A stretch of DNA of 64,000 nucleotides from Macrostomum lignano. Lineage: Eukaryota. Below, in pieces: positions 1 through 14,230 of this stretch (position 1 is its first letter; every line of letters begins with the position of its first letter). The notes beneath the pieces are model-generated. The model was not told the origin of the DNA. It saw nothing but the letters and a program-made list of their open reading frames with translations, and searched no databases. The position numbers and the translations under genes are program-made. The stretch is taken from the NCBI GenBank assembly GCA_002269645.1, contig NIVC01000548.1, forward strand, positions 49,693 through 113,692, in the 5' to 3' direction.

Positions 1-170
1 CCAACAACCTGACTTAAACCTCAACCAACAACCTGACTTAAACCTCAACCAACAACCTGACTTAAACCTCAACCAACAACCTGACTTAAACCTCAACCAA
101 CAACCTGACTTAAACCTCAACCAACAATCTGGCCCACACCTCAACCAACAACCTGACCCGCACCTAAACT
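1..170. repeat. 24-bp minisatellite (CCAACAACCTGACTTAAACCTCAA)n in RPS9 intron
   Basis: About 6-7 visible tandem units, degenerating toward 170. Confidence 0.9.
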
Positions 171-232
171 AAGAATCTGACACGCAATCCACGCATAGCT
201 CCATCCAAGCCAAGCCAAGCCTAATCTTATCA

Positions 233-1010
<778 letters not shown>

Positions 1011-1380
1011 ATCCCTATTATATCCCTATTAAATATGTCAGTGGTTTGATATATTAAATATATCAAATATGAAGGAATGTCAGTGGGTACTAACTAAAGT
1101 AATCAACGTATTAGCAGTCTAGCGACTAATATTTATTATTACATGCAGTAGGAGTTTGCAGAACTTCTTTTTTAAGCAACGCTTTACTTCTTGTTACATT
1201 ATTGATCATAATTGTATAGCACATCTTTACTCATTAACTGAAAATGTATTTAGTAAATTAAAAACCTAACCATAATAATTGATAATATAACAGATTCTAT
1301 TTCTGAGGCACAGCTGAAATCAAGAATATTACAGAATATAAAATCACGTCATGGAATGCTGAAAATTAAAAAAAACTTAC

Positions 1381-1416
1381 ATACAGTATTAGAGTCAGAC
1401 AAGAATTTAGCACCTG
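1381..1416 (-). other. Putative non-coding mini-exon of RPS9
   Basis: On the minus strand: polypyrimidine TTTCTTCTTTTAG/CAG acceptor (1418-1414) and GTAAGT donor at 1380. The intron would end at the acceptor at 586. Confidence 0.5.
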
Positions 1417-1620
1417 CTAAAAGAAGAAATGAACAAGTAACGCACGTTCAGCAGAAATAGGAAACCACTCAAACAATCTTAGACGCTTCAGATCGTGCAG
1501 TATTTAAATGATAAATAAAATGCAATAAATTTAACAGAAAGCAGGATCGTCAAAGCTAAAACAATCCAATTCCAGCTGAGGATTTGAATGGATCATAAAA
1601 TTAACATAACTGGGTGAAAA

Positions 1621-1845
1621 TCATCCTACAAAGACAACATAGAAAGCCATAACTACACAGGATAGTGCCACTAAAACATGCAATCGAATTCCAATCACAG
1701 CAGCCTTGTACAGCACACCCCAGAAACCAGTTTTCTCAGTGAAGCACCATTCTTTCAGCTTTGGCACCCGTTTCATATAGGCTGAAGTGCAGATAAACAA
1801 AATTATAGAAACTAGAAGGCCTTCAAAGCTGTAAATGTTGGTCAT
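1621..1845 (-). CDS. TMEM167B: Protein kish-B (74 aa)
   Basis: [33 protein letters not shown]...[17 protein letters not shown] matches the kish-B pattern (MTN.YS, FYKAAVIG.RLH). Acceptor TTCCTTCAG at 1903-1902 upstream. Confidence 0.9.
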   Translation of the reverse strand: MTNIYSFEGLLVSIILFICTSAYMKRVPKLKEWCFTEKTGFWGVLYKAAVIGIRLHVLVALSCVVMAFYVVFVG

Positions 1846-2239
1846 GATCAGTGTTGCGCAGTACTTCTTGCTGGTCCTCAAAAAATTGTGCAGCTCTGTA
1901 GCTGAAGGAATAAAAAAGGGATGTTATTTTAGTATACAGTAATAATATTATGTTTCTATCCATCTATTTCCATCTTGTAGCACCTTTGGTACTTGGATTT
2001 TGATTTGGAATAGTATATATTGATATTATCAACAGTAACAATCTCCTATTGGACTTGGAAGTTTATTTCATTAAGAATAAAGTGACAAAATTTGTTATTG
2101 GTCATTAAAATTAAGATGCAAAATGCACTAAAGTAAGAACAGCAATATAGCAATAAATGAAAAACAAATTAAATATTATCAGAACTTGAAACAGGTGTTG
2201 TGGCCTGCGCCACAATGACCTTCTCCTCAACCTTTTTTT

Positions 2240-3300
2240 TGGTGCATGCGAACCGCCCGGTCTGCCGCGATAACCGGTTCTGTCTGGTTTGAGCTGGTTC
2301 AGCCCGGTTTTGGTTTTGGGCAGCCGGCGTGTGCGCGGATTGGCTGGCTGGGCCGGCAGACCCTCTCTTTTCTACCCCCCCCTCGTGGAGCCTTACCCAG
2401 CGCGTGTTTTGATTGGCTGGGCTGGGGTGCTCGCGGGGTTCTGTTTTGTGTGTATTTGCGCTCAGGCCGGTTTGGCCCACTCCCCCATTTTTTCTGCATA
2501 CTATTTATTAGCTGGCTTGGAGCCGGCCGGTGGCACACGCTTGGTTTTCGGTTAGGGCTACACCAGCTACTGAGTAGTGAAACTACTGTAAAAGTACAAA
2601 AACTGCATGAGTCCAGTGAATTCTCGAACAGTGCATCACCAGCCAATCCGTGCCACCCACCGTCTTCGAGCTGCCAGTCCAGTTATCACGGCTAAATAAA
2701 CTGCGCTATATGAGTCGGTTCGACCCCGCCCGGTGAGCTAAAATTACGTTGTTCGGGTTGCATTCGCGTTTTTTTGGGACTCTCTGCACATGTCTCCCCT
2801 CCATCCTTGCCGCCTCATCGCTTCACTTACTCACCTCCTTGCTCACCTGCACTCTTTGATAGGCTTGGAGTGTCTGTACGCCCCAGCTAATCCATCACCT
2901 TGTATCTCTTGATTGGTCCGGAGTGTCTGTACGCCCCGACCAATCCCTCGTCTCGCATCCCTTGATTGGTCAGGAGTGTCTGTACGCCCCGGCCAATCCT
3001 TCACATTCACCTCGCTTTCTCATTCACCTCGGTGACTCCCGGGCCGGCTCTGAGTGGCTATCCGCTCCGCTGACCGCGGCAGTACCCCGAGCCTTCCGTG
3101 ACCGAGGAGTGTCTGTGCGCCCCCGAGTCACATCTCTCCCTCTTTCCCTCGGAGTGGACATCCGACTCGAGGAGCGCCGGTCGTTCGCCTTCTGTCCATC
3201 CCTCCGCCGCGCACCCGGGGCAGTCCCGCACCGAACCCGCTACCCGGGGAAAACAAACGACCGGGCTAGACGAGATTGCAGCCCGCGAGTACAACACAGG
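2240..3300. promoter_or_regulatory. CpG-rich island with several CCAAT/ATTGG boxes and 4 copies of GGAGTGTCTGT(A/G)CGCCCC
   Basis: Abrupt GC/CpG enrichment relative to both flanks. Motif copies near 2868, 2920, 2973 and 3107. Promoter versus TE end cannot be resolved. Confidence 0.3.
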
Positions 3301-3399
3301 CTCAACAAGCACAATGCAGGAACCTAAGGATATACCTCTAGAACATGGGCAAATACTGATGCAATTTCTGTGAACATTCCTGAGACTGACATCTCACAA

Positions 3400-5760
3400 G
3401 AAATTAGGAATTTGGCTATGTTGTACCTGATTCCTGGTAATTCACTTTCTGCAATATTGAAGATCCTACTAATGTTTTTTATCATTGCCATTGTCCTCAA
3501 GCAGACTTCTTAAAACTCTATAGCAGACAACTTGCACTACAATGGTTGCTGGAAGTTTACTTACTTACTTTTACTGAGTACTTTGGATTGCAAGAGGGAA
3601 TATTGGACAGAATTCACTCATCATCTAAAAAGCTTCAGCGGCAAATTAGAATCAATGGTTTGCAAATTGGAATGAATTCTAAAAATGAATTTTGGCCAAT
3701 TCAAGCTTCAACTGGATAGGATGCACTGGTTGTAGTAGGCTTGTATGGACTAGTAATGTATTGCATACTCGTCCATGAATACCTGAAGGATCTTATTAAT
3801 GAGCTAGGCAGAATTGAAGATAAAGTTAATATCAAGTTTACTTGTGATGTAAACCCTACTCATGCATACATTAAGTGCATCAAAGGTCATGGTGGCTATT
3901 CTTCCTATGAGCAGTGCACTGCATATGGCAGGTATGTTGGCCATGCAATTTTGGAAGATCTGGATACTCCATTGCATACTTGTACAAATGTCATTTAGAC
4001 AAAAACTGAAGAGTGATGAAGAGCATCACACTGGCACAAGCCCTCTGACGGCTCTGAAAATTTATATGATAGCAGCTTTCCCACTACACTATATACATCT
4101 AGCATACCAAGGGGTTATGAAGCACATTCTGTTGTAGTGGATTGTAAGTGAATTGCCAAATTGACTATCATATGGACAAGTTCTGCAAGTTTCTAGGCAT
4201 ATTTTGAATGTGCCAAAGTTTATTCTATCCAAGTTTGCTAGAGCTAAGTCTGCTAGGTGAATGCCATTGTTGGAAAGCAATTGAGTATTGAGCATTCCTG
4301 TTTTACTCTGGAAAAGTTATGTTATAACCTGTTCTTTCATCTAATAGTACAAGCATCTTTTATTGCTCAGCATTGCAATTTTCTATTTATGCTACCCAAA
4401 AAATGCAGTCAGCTGGTCAATTATTCAAAATAACTTATTGGGTTGTTCATGTCAAAATGCTTTAAAATTTTTGGTAGCAGCTTCATGAATCACAATGTGC
4501 ATAGCCTAATCCATCTTCCATACTATGTCAAGCAAAATGGACCATTTGACAGCTTGGACCATTAGCTGGTCAATTATTCAAAAAAACTTATTAGGTTGTT
4601 CATGTCAAAATGCTTTAAGATTTATCATTGCAGCTTCATGAACCACAATGTGCACAGCCTAATCCATCTTCCACACTATGTCAAGCAAAATGGACCATTT
4701 GACAGCTTTTTGGAATTTAAGTTCAAAAAACAACATGCAGTCAATCAAATCAAAGGTCAGAAACAGTCACTTACTTCACAAACAACTCTGCAACCAAATC
4801 CACAAAGAAAGAAATGCCCATTTGCATTGGTTAGCTAAGAGCAGCTAGAAGAGCATGAGTTTTATTGGCTAGCACTGGTCAAGTCCAATTCTTAACCTGC
4901 TACTTTCAAGCATTGAGTACTTGCAATGGCTCTCTTGCGCTGCAAGTGATTTATTCATTGAATGATTTATAATTTGCTATTATAAAATAGTTTTGCTGAT
5001 TGACAGACACAAACCTAATTTGCCAGCAATTGAAGACCAAGGACTTATTTGTCCTTTTTAAGTATCCTTTTAAAATCCAAGAAGCTTGATATTGTCATTT
5101 TGTCAGATTTAGATTTAGCTAACCTTTATATATTCTAGCTTACAAATATAATAAAGAAGTTCTATAGACTGCTTATCAACAACAAGGTTGTTCTTAGACC
5201 CATGTTTTTTGTAAAAAAAATGTTGTAGATACAATTTTGCATTGTTGAATTTGCAGACAAATCAGGTGAATAGGTTAGCTAGGCCTGACTCATAGGATAC
5301 ACCTAATGTTATTGGCCACTAATAACTATAACAATGGCCATTAAGTTAAGATCAAAGTATGCTGCACTTTTGCAGCCTAACTAGTCATAATGCTGACCAT
5401 AATAGTAGCAAATGTCATTTAATAGCATCAGCAATGATAGTGCTCTAGCTGCCCTATCTTGGGTCTTCCTTGGTGCTAGCTTATGTTTAACCCCTTTATT
5501 AAGGCAATTGGAATCACATTGCTTGATAGCTAGACAAACGGATAGTAATTGATAGTCACTATATTTTCATGCATTTCAATATGTTTCTTATACTAAAATG
5601 TGTGGTTTCTTATGTTATGCAACTTAAAAAAACAAAAACTTAGTTACATAAGGCCTATATAAAATGTCTCTAATATTTTTGTATTGCTATATTGTTTTAT
5701 TCTTTATTTTAGATACAATTATTCTAGATTCCCCCTATAAAAAGACTTGCAGAGATGAGG
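3400..5760 (+). mobile_element. Decayed CACTA/EnSpm (CMC) transposon: transposase and accessory-gene remnants
   Basis: Motifs FTCD..HAYIKCIKGHGGYSS.EQC and HSLIHLPHYVKQNGPFDSF (family pattern H.L.HL...V...GPL..F). Many stops and frameshifts. Internal 153-bp tandem duplication (4411/4564). IVEFADKS...YWP-like remnant near 5240-5320. Confidence 0.75.
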
Positions 5761-6543
5761 TAAGTTAATGTATATATTTACAGTGACAAATTTAAGAGGT
5801 GCACAAAGTGCATATCGCCATTGAATTAGAATTTTTTTATTTTTTTATATGGAACATACGCATTGTTGTATATATATACATGTAGATAATATTCATATAG
5901 ATGTACCTTAGTATCTATCCCTCCCTTGTTAAAAATTTTCTAGATCTATACCTGTATATCTACTATATTTATATTAATAATGAGTTGTTTTTATTTGTGA
6001 ACTATTTAAGAAATGCAATCTATAAATACAATGCAAAGTTTTTACATTTTTCTTTAATATTTGTATATATACTATTCAGTCATATATTTATTTAAGTGAT
6101 GATTATATTATTGTTTTTTATTTATTGTTAAGGCCAGATAGGTAGGGATTAGGGTAATGAATATAACTGCTTGGAACTAATCTCTTATAATGTATAATAG
6201 TGATTTGTTTATTAGCAAGCAAATGTCAATATTTGATACAAAGAACAAGATAAATCTTAATAATATTTATGCTCTTATTACTATTATTAAGACTATCAAG
6301 ATTAGCTTATGATATAGTGTTATAGTAATAGTTGCTTATATTATGTATATTACTCGTTAAATGCGTTATGAAAATTATATATCCCTTTATTAGCAAAATA
6401 TTTCTGTCTATTAGATCATTAAAAGTAGCCTAAATATCGTTTTTCTGTCTCAAATATGCTTATAGTGCCTCCTATTTTTAATGTTTTGTTATGAATTGTC
6501 CGCCATTTTTACTAAAGTTACTATAAATATGAGCAAATAAATC

Positions 6544-7187
6544 TGTAGAGAGCCCAGACTTCTGTGGCCGCCTCTAGTAACAGGCTTTGCCTTTCGGCCG
6601 AAATGAACAGTTGTTCTAAAAATAGACCAGTTTATGAGTTATTCCTTTGAAGGTGCCCACCTTTCCCCTTCCCAAGAGGTCTTGTTCAGCTTTAAGCGTA
6701 TAGCCTTTTCTCCCTCTTCCCCCAAAGAACGTACAGTTTCTTACTGAGTAATATTTCTAACCCTCCTTTTCCTTTATCAGTTGGACAGGCGTGAGGCCTC
6801 CCTTCCCCAGATCTCTGAGTAACCTGGCAATATGCTAACTCCTTATCCAGACACACTGTCTGCTTAGGCGTCCTGCCCTTAGCTAATTCCCTATTAAGGC
6901 ATATCCTTCCCATGTCAGCATTCCCTATTAGCTGTTAAAATTCCCCCCTTTGTGCGCCCCGTTTCCCAGGCAACTCCAATCTATTGCGTAGCCCTCCCTC
7001 GGACTAGTTAAGTTTAATATAGACAGTGTCTTGCCGCTTGGACACTTCATGCCCCAGGAGCAACCCACAGCTTACTCCTGTTAGTAGTAAAATTTGTATC
7101 TGTCTTTGCTCCCCCAATTAAGTCCCTTGTGATAACTTGATAGAATAGGAGTCAGTAATCTCACCCCACAACAGATTTTGGTGTCAG
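6544..7187 (+). mobile_element. Possible degenerate LTR followed by a PBS-like motif
   Basis: Starts TGTAGAG, ends ...CACAACA (7173), followed by TGGTGTCAG (7179-7187) resembling a tRNA-Leu PBS. No partner LTR or recognisable internal ORF. Confidence 0.3.
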
Positions 7188-9120
7188 TAATAGGAAAACT
7201 TCCCTCCCCCAAGACCCCTGTAACACTTACTAAAAGACTAAGAAGTACTACATTAGCTCTATCTTACTATTAATATTAATAAGATTATACTTTCTTGCAA
7301 GGCTCCTTTGCAAGACGATTAAACTATAAAAAACTACCAATCACTATTAATACAATGGTAGAAAACAGCTCCCCTGGGCTGTGTAATTGGATATAAGACT
7401 AGTTAGACTAATTGGTTGCATAGAGCCCTTGTTTTGCTAGTGGGGTATCTAGGGATACAACATGGATAAGTATTATATCACTCCTACTATCAACTATTTT
7501 TTCCATTGCTATAAGAACCCAAGGTGGCAATTACAACAGATTATGTTTAATTTTGCATATTTTTTTACTTGCATTATAGGAAAAATAGATAATAAATAAA
7601 AAGTTGACAAAAAAGTTACCAAAACAGTTGATAAAAAAAGTTGACAGAATAGTTAATAGAAAACTTAATGGAATATAGAATACTTAATGGAATATTAGAC
7701 AGAAAAGTTGATAAATAAATTTATATATCTAACTTAATGAATAGAAAATTTTGTAGAAAAGTAAATAGAAAAGTTGATTGAAAGATAAATAGAAAAGTTT
7801 ATAGCCAAATTTATACTAATAAAATATAATATAGGCCCTACTATCTTTAATAGCCTAAGACTAAACTTAACCCTAAGGCAATAATATAATGAAAAATCTA
7901 TCTATTTTAATTAGGTCCCCAATTGAAAATATATCAATAGCCATAGACCTATATAATTCTTATTAGGCCTACTAGATTGACTTAAGTCTATTTACACCTT
8001 TTTAAAGTTAGGGCCTACTAGTTTACTACTACTAAGCCCAATTATAACACAATTTTACTATGTAGTTATATATCTACATGTATAGGTTCACGATATTATG
8101 GCAGTTTACATGTACAATATTGAGCATACTGTACGCTCAATTCAGCTATATAGTCAGATTGACATAGTTTGCTTTTGTATATAGGAAAGACTTTTCAGTA
8201 ATTTTAGGTGTCCAAGGCTTTATTTTAAAGTTAAGACATGCATATAAATATATGTAACTGATATTAAGGACTCAGAGACAAGAAATCAACAGCGTGTAGC
8301 AAAAAATATCTGAAGTATTATTGGGGCCTTTTTAATTTCAGTCCAGACACTTCAAGGGCAATTTTTGACAAATATAAACATCAACTAGGAGTGCTCGCAA
8401 TGTCAATTAAATTAAAAGCAGGAATTTGAAAGTTAGTAGTAGGCCTAGTACGAGTAGTAAGTTGGCTCAGGCAAGAAGCCTGTTTGGCCAATATATTTCT
8501 ATAGCAGGGGCATGCGTAAGCTTTAGATTGAAATTTAACCGACAACAAACAAATCTTTTAGCAGAGCAGTGAGTTTATTTTTCAACTTAGAATTGAGCAG
8601 GAAATATGCAAGCATGCTTTAAACACAATAAATGTCTGTAGTGTCAGCTACAATATTATATGTGTAACACATTGTTGTTGCAGAGATGGGCATAAAGGTA
8701 TAGAAATTGTTTTCTGTTCAAAAAGATCTTTTTACAGTTCGGAAAATTCCTTTCAAACTTTAAAGCAGCAGAGTAGTAGGCCTAGTACTACTTAAAACTA
8801 CAAACTTTTGTGTTTTTGAACAATAGTTTTTTGGCATTTTTTCTTTAATTTGACCATAATAATAAAAACTTTTAGATCAAAAGGAAGCTCTTAGATGCAT
8901 AAAAGAATGGCTAAAATACAGTCTGCATTGAATATCTTTGTTAAACAGATCACTCGTTTATTTAAATCGTCTGTCTAAATAATTGCCAGGAAATTTCACT
9001 TCATAATTTTACATTGTAATACTTACATGCTTCAAGTTATATTTATATTATAATGTTACTCTGGATGCTAAAATTCTCTCAAAACTATTAAGTGCTAACT
9101 GCAAAACGAAAAATATTTAC

Positions 9121-9429
9121 TTCTGCAAAGTGTAAATTCCAATCCCTTGTTTACTGGGATCCCAGACCTCTAATCCTAGATTCCTAGGATCTCGAACACT
9201 AACAAAAAGCTTGGATCTCAGGAAAGCATTAAATTGCTTTAAAAACATTAAACAACAATGTTTTTCCTGGCATTGCTCCTTGCTTCCACACTGCATTTTC
9301 AAAACTGTGATACAGTTAGGGGTCCCAATCCTGAGATCCAAGCTTTTTGTTAGTGTTCGAGATCCTAGGAATCTAGGATTAGGTCTGGGATCCCAGTAAA
9401 CAAGGGATTGGAATTTACACTTTGCAGAA
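9121..9429. mobile_element. MITE with ~103-bp terminal inverted repeats
   Basis: 9121-9223 is the reverse complement of 9329-9429 apart from a 2-nt indel. No TSD recognised. Confidence 0.8.
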
Positions 9430-9759
9430 AGCATAGTACAATTCTTGATTTATATTGGGTAACCACACTGCTAACTTTAATAGAGACTGGTACTGACTTG
9501 CCTAAGAAATTGATTAGGCCTATGTCATATAACTGCTCTGTGACTTTAGTTTTACTCAATTGACTTGGTGTGAGTATTAAATTATAATTGTAAGTGCTAC
9601 AAATTAATTTATAAGTTTAATAAGAGCTAACCTAGATATAAACACACTGGACTGCTAATGCAGTGACCTATCCTAAGTTCAAATCTTAGTAAGTAGTATA
9701 AAAAAATAGCATAATTTTTTATTGAAAGATTTTATTAAAGGACTAATTAAGAAGACCTG

Positions 9760-10390
9760 GATTATGGCGCTTGATACACCAAGGATTATTGCACTTGATA
9801 AGCCAAGGATTGTTGCACTAGATTAGAAAAGGCTTTTGCACTAGCTGAGGCATTGATTTTTAGACTTGATTAGCAAAGGATTATTGCACTAGATGAGAAA
9901 ATGATTATTTAACTAGCTGAGAAACTAATTTTTGCACTGTCTAAAAAGAGATTGTTGTGTTAGCTAAGACATAGATTGTTACACAAACTGAGAAAGCAAT
10001 TATCGCATTAGTGGAGGTAACATTTGCACTAGCTATTTGCTATCTGGTGGATGCTTGCTTTCTGGGGGATGCTTGCTCTCAATGGGGTACTTGCTATTTG
10101 AGAGAGGGGGTACTGGCTAACATGTATGGGATTCTTTCTATCTAAGGATGCTTGTTATTTAGGGATTCTTATTACCTACAGGATGTTTGCTACTTGGGTG
10201 GATGCTTCTATCTGGAGGATGCTTGCTATCTAGGATGATGCTTGCTATCTGGGTAGATGCTTGCTACAAGTATTAAGGGATGCTTGCTATCTGGGTAGAT
10301 GCTTGCTACAAGTATTAAGGGATGCTTGCTATCTGCATTTGCTTACTTTTGGAGGGGGGTGCTTGCTGTCTTAGGAATATTTTCTATTTG
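9760..10390. repeat. Two adjacent degenerate minisatellites (TTATTGCACTAG-type ~27 bp; GATGCTTGCTATCTGG-type ~20 bp)
   Basis: Recurrent core motifs visible; units diverged. Confidence 0.6.
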
Positions 10391-10539
10391 GGGAGAATGT
10401 CTATTACTTTGAGTGTGTCATAAGTAATGTCACTGATGTGAAAGTAGACAAACTTGCAATCGCAAATGAAGAAAACTGTACCACTCAACAACATAGAATC
10501 CCCCAATATCAATCACCCTCTGGCAGTGCTCATACAACT

Positions 10540-11170
10540 TGTCCACCTCACCTTAGCCTATAGGTGTTTTTCCTCCAACTGCCATAACCAGTGCAACGCA
10601 GCCTGTTTGACCCCTTCATAGGTTGCAAAACTCTTTTTGGAAAAGTCAGCCTTCAGCCATTTGAACAGGAATCTCTTGCTGACAGAGTCCAAGCTATAGG
10701 GACTCTGTCAGAGCATATTCACTTGCTATGCAGGCAGAAAATTCGAAACAGCCTTTAGGTATGCAGCCGTGCAGTGTCCATCTGCCACAAAACCTTGTCT
10801 AGATGAATTGGATTTGACCAGAGAGTGTGCCAGAGGTCTCTAGTGTGCCAGACAAAGTCAATAAAATACTGGCCATTGACCTTGGTGTTCAGTGGAGTTG
10901 TGCAGATGGAGACTCGTTCATTTGGTGTAAAGGTTACGAGCAGCATGGTCTTCTTGTCCAAGATGGACTTTCTGGTCACAGTTGCCTTGGAGTCCCCAGC
11001 TCCTAGCCAGCAGCAATTGTCTGCTTTGCTGCCCTTGCTATCCAGGTAAAGCCAGTTTTCATCCTCAGCAACCAGGCAGTTTAGGATGTCATTCAAGCCC
11101 TGCCTGCTGAACACCTTGCAGATCTGCTTGGTGCAGGCATCTTGTTGAGATTCATGGTGATTTTTGTTCA
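10540..11170 (-). pseudogene. Mariner (DD34D-like) transposase remnant
   Basis: KKTMLLVTF...VNGQYF...QMDTARLHT...QSPYSLDS...FLFKWLK corresponds to mariner HDNARPHT and PYSPDL motifs. Contains in-frame stops. Confidence 0.75.
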
Positions 11171-13149
11171 CTGCATAGATGATTTTTTATTGTGTTGCAC
11201 TTGCTAAATCTGCTTGGCGTATTCTTGCAATATCTTGGGCCATAAACAACCTATGCATATCTCAAATGCACTGGTATTGTTTCACTAAGTTTACTTTGCA
11301 GCTACACTACCCACATGTCTATGTGCCTACATATTTTAGACAGAAGCCTGCAGTGACATTACTTACCACACACCCAAAGTATCTTTGTGAAAGCTATATT
11401 TTGTTGTCTATTTATTTTTACTTTTAGGAAAAAGAGATTCATAGCAAATATCATTGTCTGTGACTATTTTAAATAAAGTGATTTTTAAAAGTTAGTCGTG
11501 GCTAATTAGTGAGATATTGATAGAGGAAAGCAGCAAAGCTTACCTCTATCACAACTTTAGTGGCAGCCGTGGGATTTTGTATCGTACAGGAACATCACTA
11601 TCACACTTGCTTAGGCCTATTAGTTGCCCTTAAGGGGGGGCACACTAGATTGCTAGTAATAAGCTGAAATCTTTTGGGGCATAACTATTGGACCATGACA
11701 TAATCTATAAGATTTTACTATAAGTGCATTTGGGGCATTAGTTTTAAATTTTGACAAAATTTTAATAGGCAATAGCAGAAATCTCTTAGTTTATTGCATT
11801 AAATTATTTCTCAGTTTTTTTTCACATACAAAGTTGGAACTGTGGAGTAGACAGAATATAAATGGCAAGTATTATATTCTAAATATTATAAATATTAGGG
11901 GCTATGCAACATTTTAGCAGAGTAATATTTTGGCAAATCACAGAAGTAATATTTTGGCAAAGTATTGTTATATTTTAGTGAATTAAAAATAGTATACTAT
12001 GTAGGCTATAGTCTATAGAAGATAAAGATTGTTCAATTACAATATTTTTATTAGGGCCTATTATTAGAATTTTAATAAATTTATTAAATTGCTTTTAATT
12101 GCTGTTTTAATGCTTAATGCTTTTAAATGAATTGAAGATCTGCAGCAGATGAAGGAAACAATGTGGATTCAAACAAATACATTATGCTAAATTTTCTAGC
12201 TTGGATATAAGTAGATTAAGTGCCAACCTAGCGCAACAACTGCAATACTAGTGTATAGCCATCTAACAAATAAAGTTAGATTAGTTAATAATATTAATGA
12301 TATTGAGCCACCTAGTAGGTCGAGCTAAAAAAGTTTCTGAAGACTTTTCCTAGAAATAAGTTGTGTTATAGGCTCAATATCTTTTAAACACATCTAAACC
12401 TATGGTCTGGGTTTTTTAAGTTGGAAATCCAGTTGCCAATTAGCCCTTGGGGCTCAAAATTTAGTTGCTAATGGCCTATTTTTGGTTGCTCATTGGCAAC
12501 TAGCCAAATTCTTAAGGATGGATATTTTTAAGGCTATATTTAAAAAGCAGAAATTAGTTCTTTTTAACTCTAAGACTGTTATCTATATTGCAAACAATAA
12601 CAAACTAACAATTCCATCCTATCAATTTATATGGCACTTTTATTACACTTACAAAATCATTTTTTTGAAATTGGCAACTGGCACAGGGAAAATGAAGTTG
12701 CCAGATTAGCCTTTGATGCTGAAAATCCAGTTGCCAATGTTATTTTCAAGGCGCTAAAAAAACTGTATGGCCCAAAAAACCTAGCCTGTGGTTCTTGTAG
12801 GTTGATACCAATGTCTATAAGCTTGGAATTGGTGGTTGGCCTTATATCAGCTTTAGAAATGATTGTGGTTGGTGCTCTAGGCCTTCTAGCCATTGCAGAG
12901 TTGGCAAATTGGCTGTAAAGTTTAAGAAAACTGAAAAATTATTTAATATAGTAAACTAAAAGATTGCCAGCAATGGCTATTGTTATATTAAGTATATAAC
13001 ATGTTTAATTAATCTTATATACTATACAATAATAGATGAAAAAAACTAATTATCTATAATAGAGCCAAAAAATTTCAAATTCAATATTTTATTTTTTATG
13101 CCATGAAATATAAGTAGGCAATCAAAAAGTTCTTGGACTTTGGTTCATA

Positions 13150-14230
13150 AAACCAAAAGGGTAAGTTTACTCAGTATTAATGCAATAATCCTAGCACTTT
13201 GATAACTTTTTGATCCTAGTGGCAAACCACTCTTTAGGTTGACTTCTGAACCACTTCTCAAGGTTACAACTGAGCTCCTTTTTACTGCTATAACACCAAC
13301 TATGGAGAGCATCTTTTATCGGACTAAAGAGGCAATAATCACTAGATGCCAGATCAGGCCTATATAGTAGATATGGCAGAATTCTCCAGTTTTTTTATGT
13401 ATTTCTGCCAATTTGGCTCAGGATATGTGCAGCTATGCATTGTCCAGCTAGCAAGAAAATGCTAGCATGCAGCTTCCCAGGTTAGCATTTGACTAGCTGC
13501 AACTGCAAACTAGCCAGGGATGCAATATAGCATTCGGAGTTAATGGTCTAGTGCTTTTCTAGGTAGTCAATATATATGAGTCTTTCATAGTCCTAGAAAA
13601 CTATTACCATTGTTTTGGTAATAGCTGGTATTACATTGGCCTTGGTTGGGAAAGGCTCTCCAGGGGCCATCCAAACTTTGGGCTGCTACTTGGTTTCAGG
13701 GTTGTAGTGCAACAACTAGGTTTTGTTAGCAGTAATGATTTGATGCCAAAAGTTTTCACCCTGCTTCTTCAGCTTCTCTTGCTAGAGAAGAGCATGACAT
13801 TGCCTCAGTCGCTTATCTTATTGATTGTAAAAATAAGACATTCTTACCAAGATAATGATTCTCTTGCAAGATTGCTTTACCCTTGTAGAAAACAGCTATG
13901 TCTAAAGCAGCTAGGCTATCTCACAAGGATCCCATTAGTGAAGCAGTAAATTCCGTAGCTTTTCTGGTTAATGTCCATATCTAGTGGATGGCTCTATTGT
14001 GGCAGAAAGATATGAGGGGTATCCAAAAAGTAGTGGGAATTTTCAATGTACTTCATAGCTAGTCAGATAAATAAATGGTGTTGACATTTCAAGAAAGCAG
14101 CTTTATCTATCTATGCAATACGTTTTGAATTATGTTAATATCTCTTGGCATTTAAAAGTTGTGAGCAATTTAGTGCAAATTAGATGCATGGTACCCTTTA
14201 TTGCCTCAGCTCTGATGACTAAGTGTAATG
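13150..14230 (-). pseudogene. Second mariner transposase remnant
   Basis: Manual minus-strand translation: FWHQIITANKT*LLHYNPETK*QPKVW...TMVIVF*DYE..IYIDYLEKH*TINSECY...DNA*LH...YRPDLASSDYCLF. Confidence 0.75.

Noticed and set aside
2710-2738. ATG...CG|GTGAGC mini-exon as the missing first exon of the CTC1-like gene
   Set aside because: Donor is phase 2 whereas both candidate acceptors (14911, 14923) need phase 0.
5713-5759. 47-nt exon with strong acceptor and GTAAGT donor
   Set aside because: Lies in the decayed CACTA relic and has no compatible partner exon; probably a TE accessory-gene exon.
11620-12980. TTAAGGGGGGGCAC terminus and scattered GTTGCCAAT/ATTGGCAAC inverted motifs
   Set aside because: Probably decayed DNA-transposon pieces, but no matching second end or coding remnant could be defined.
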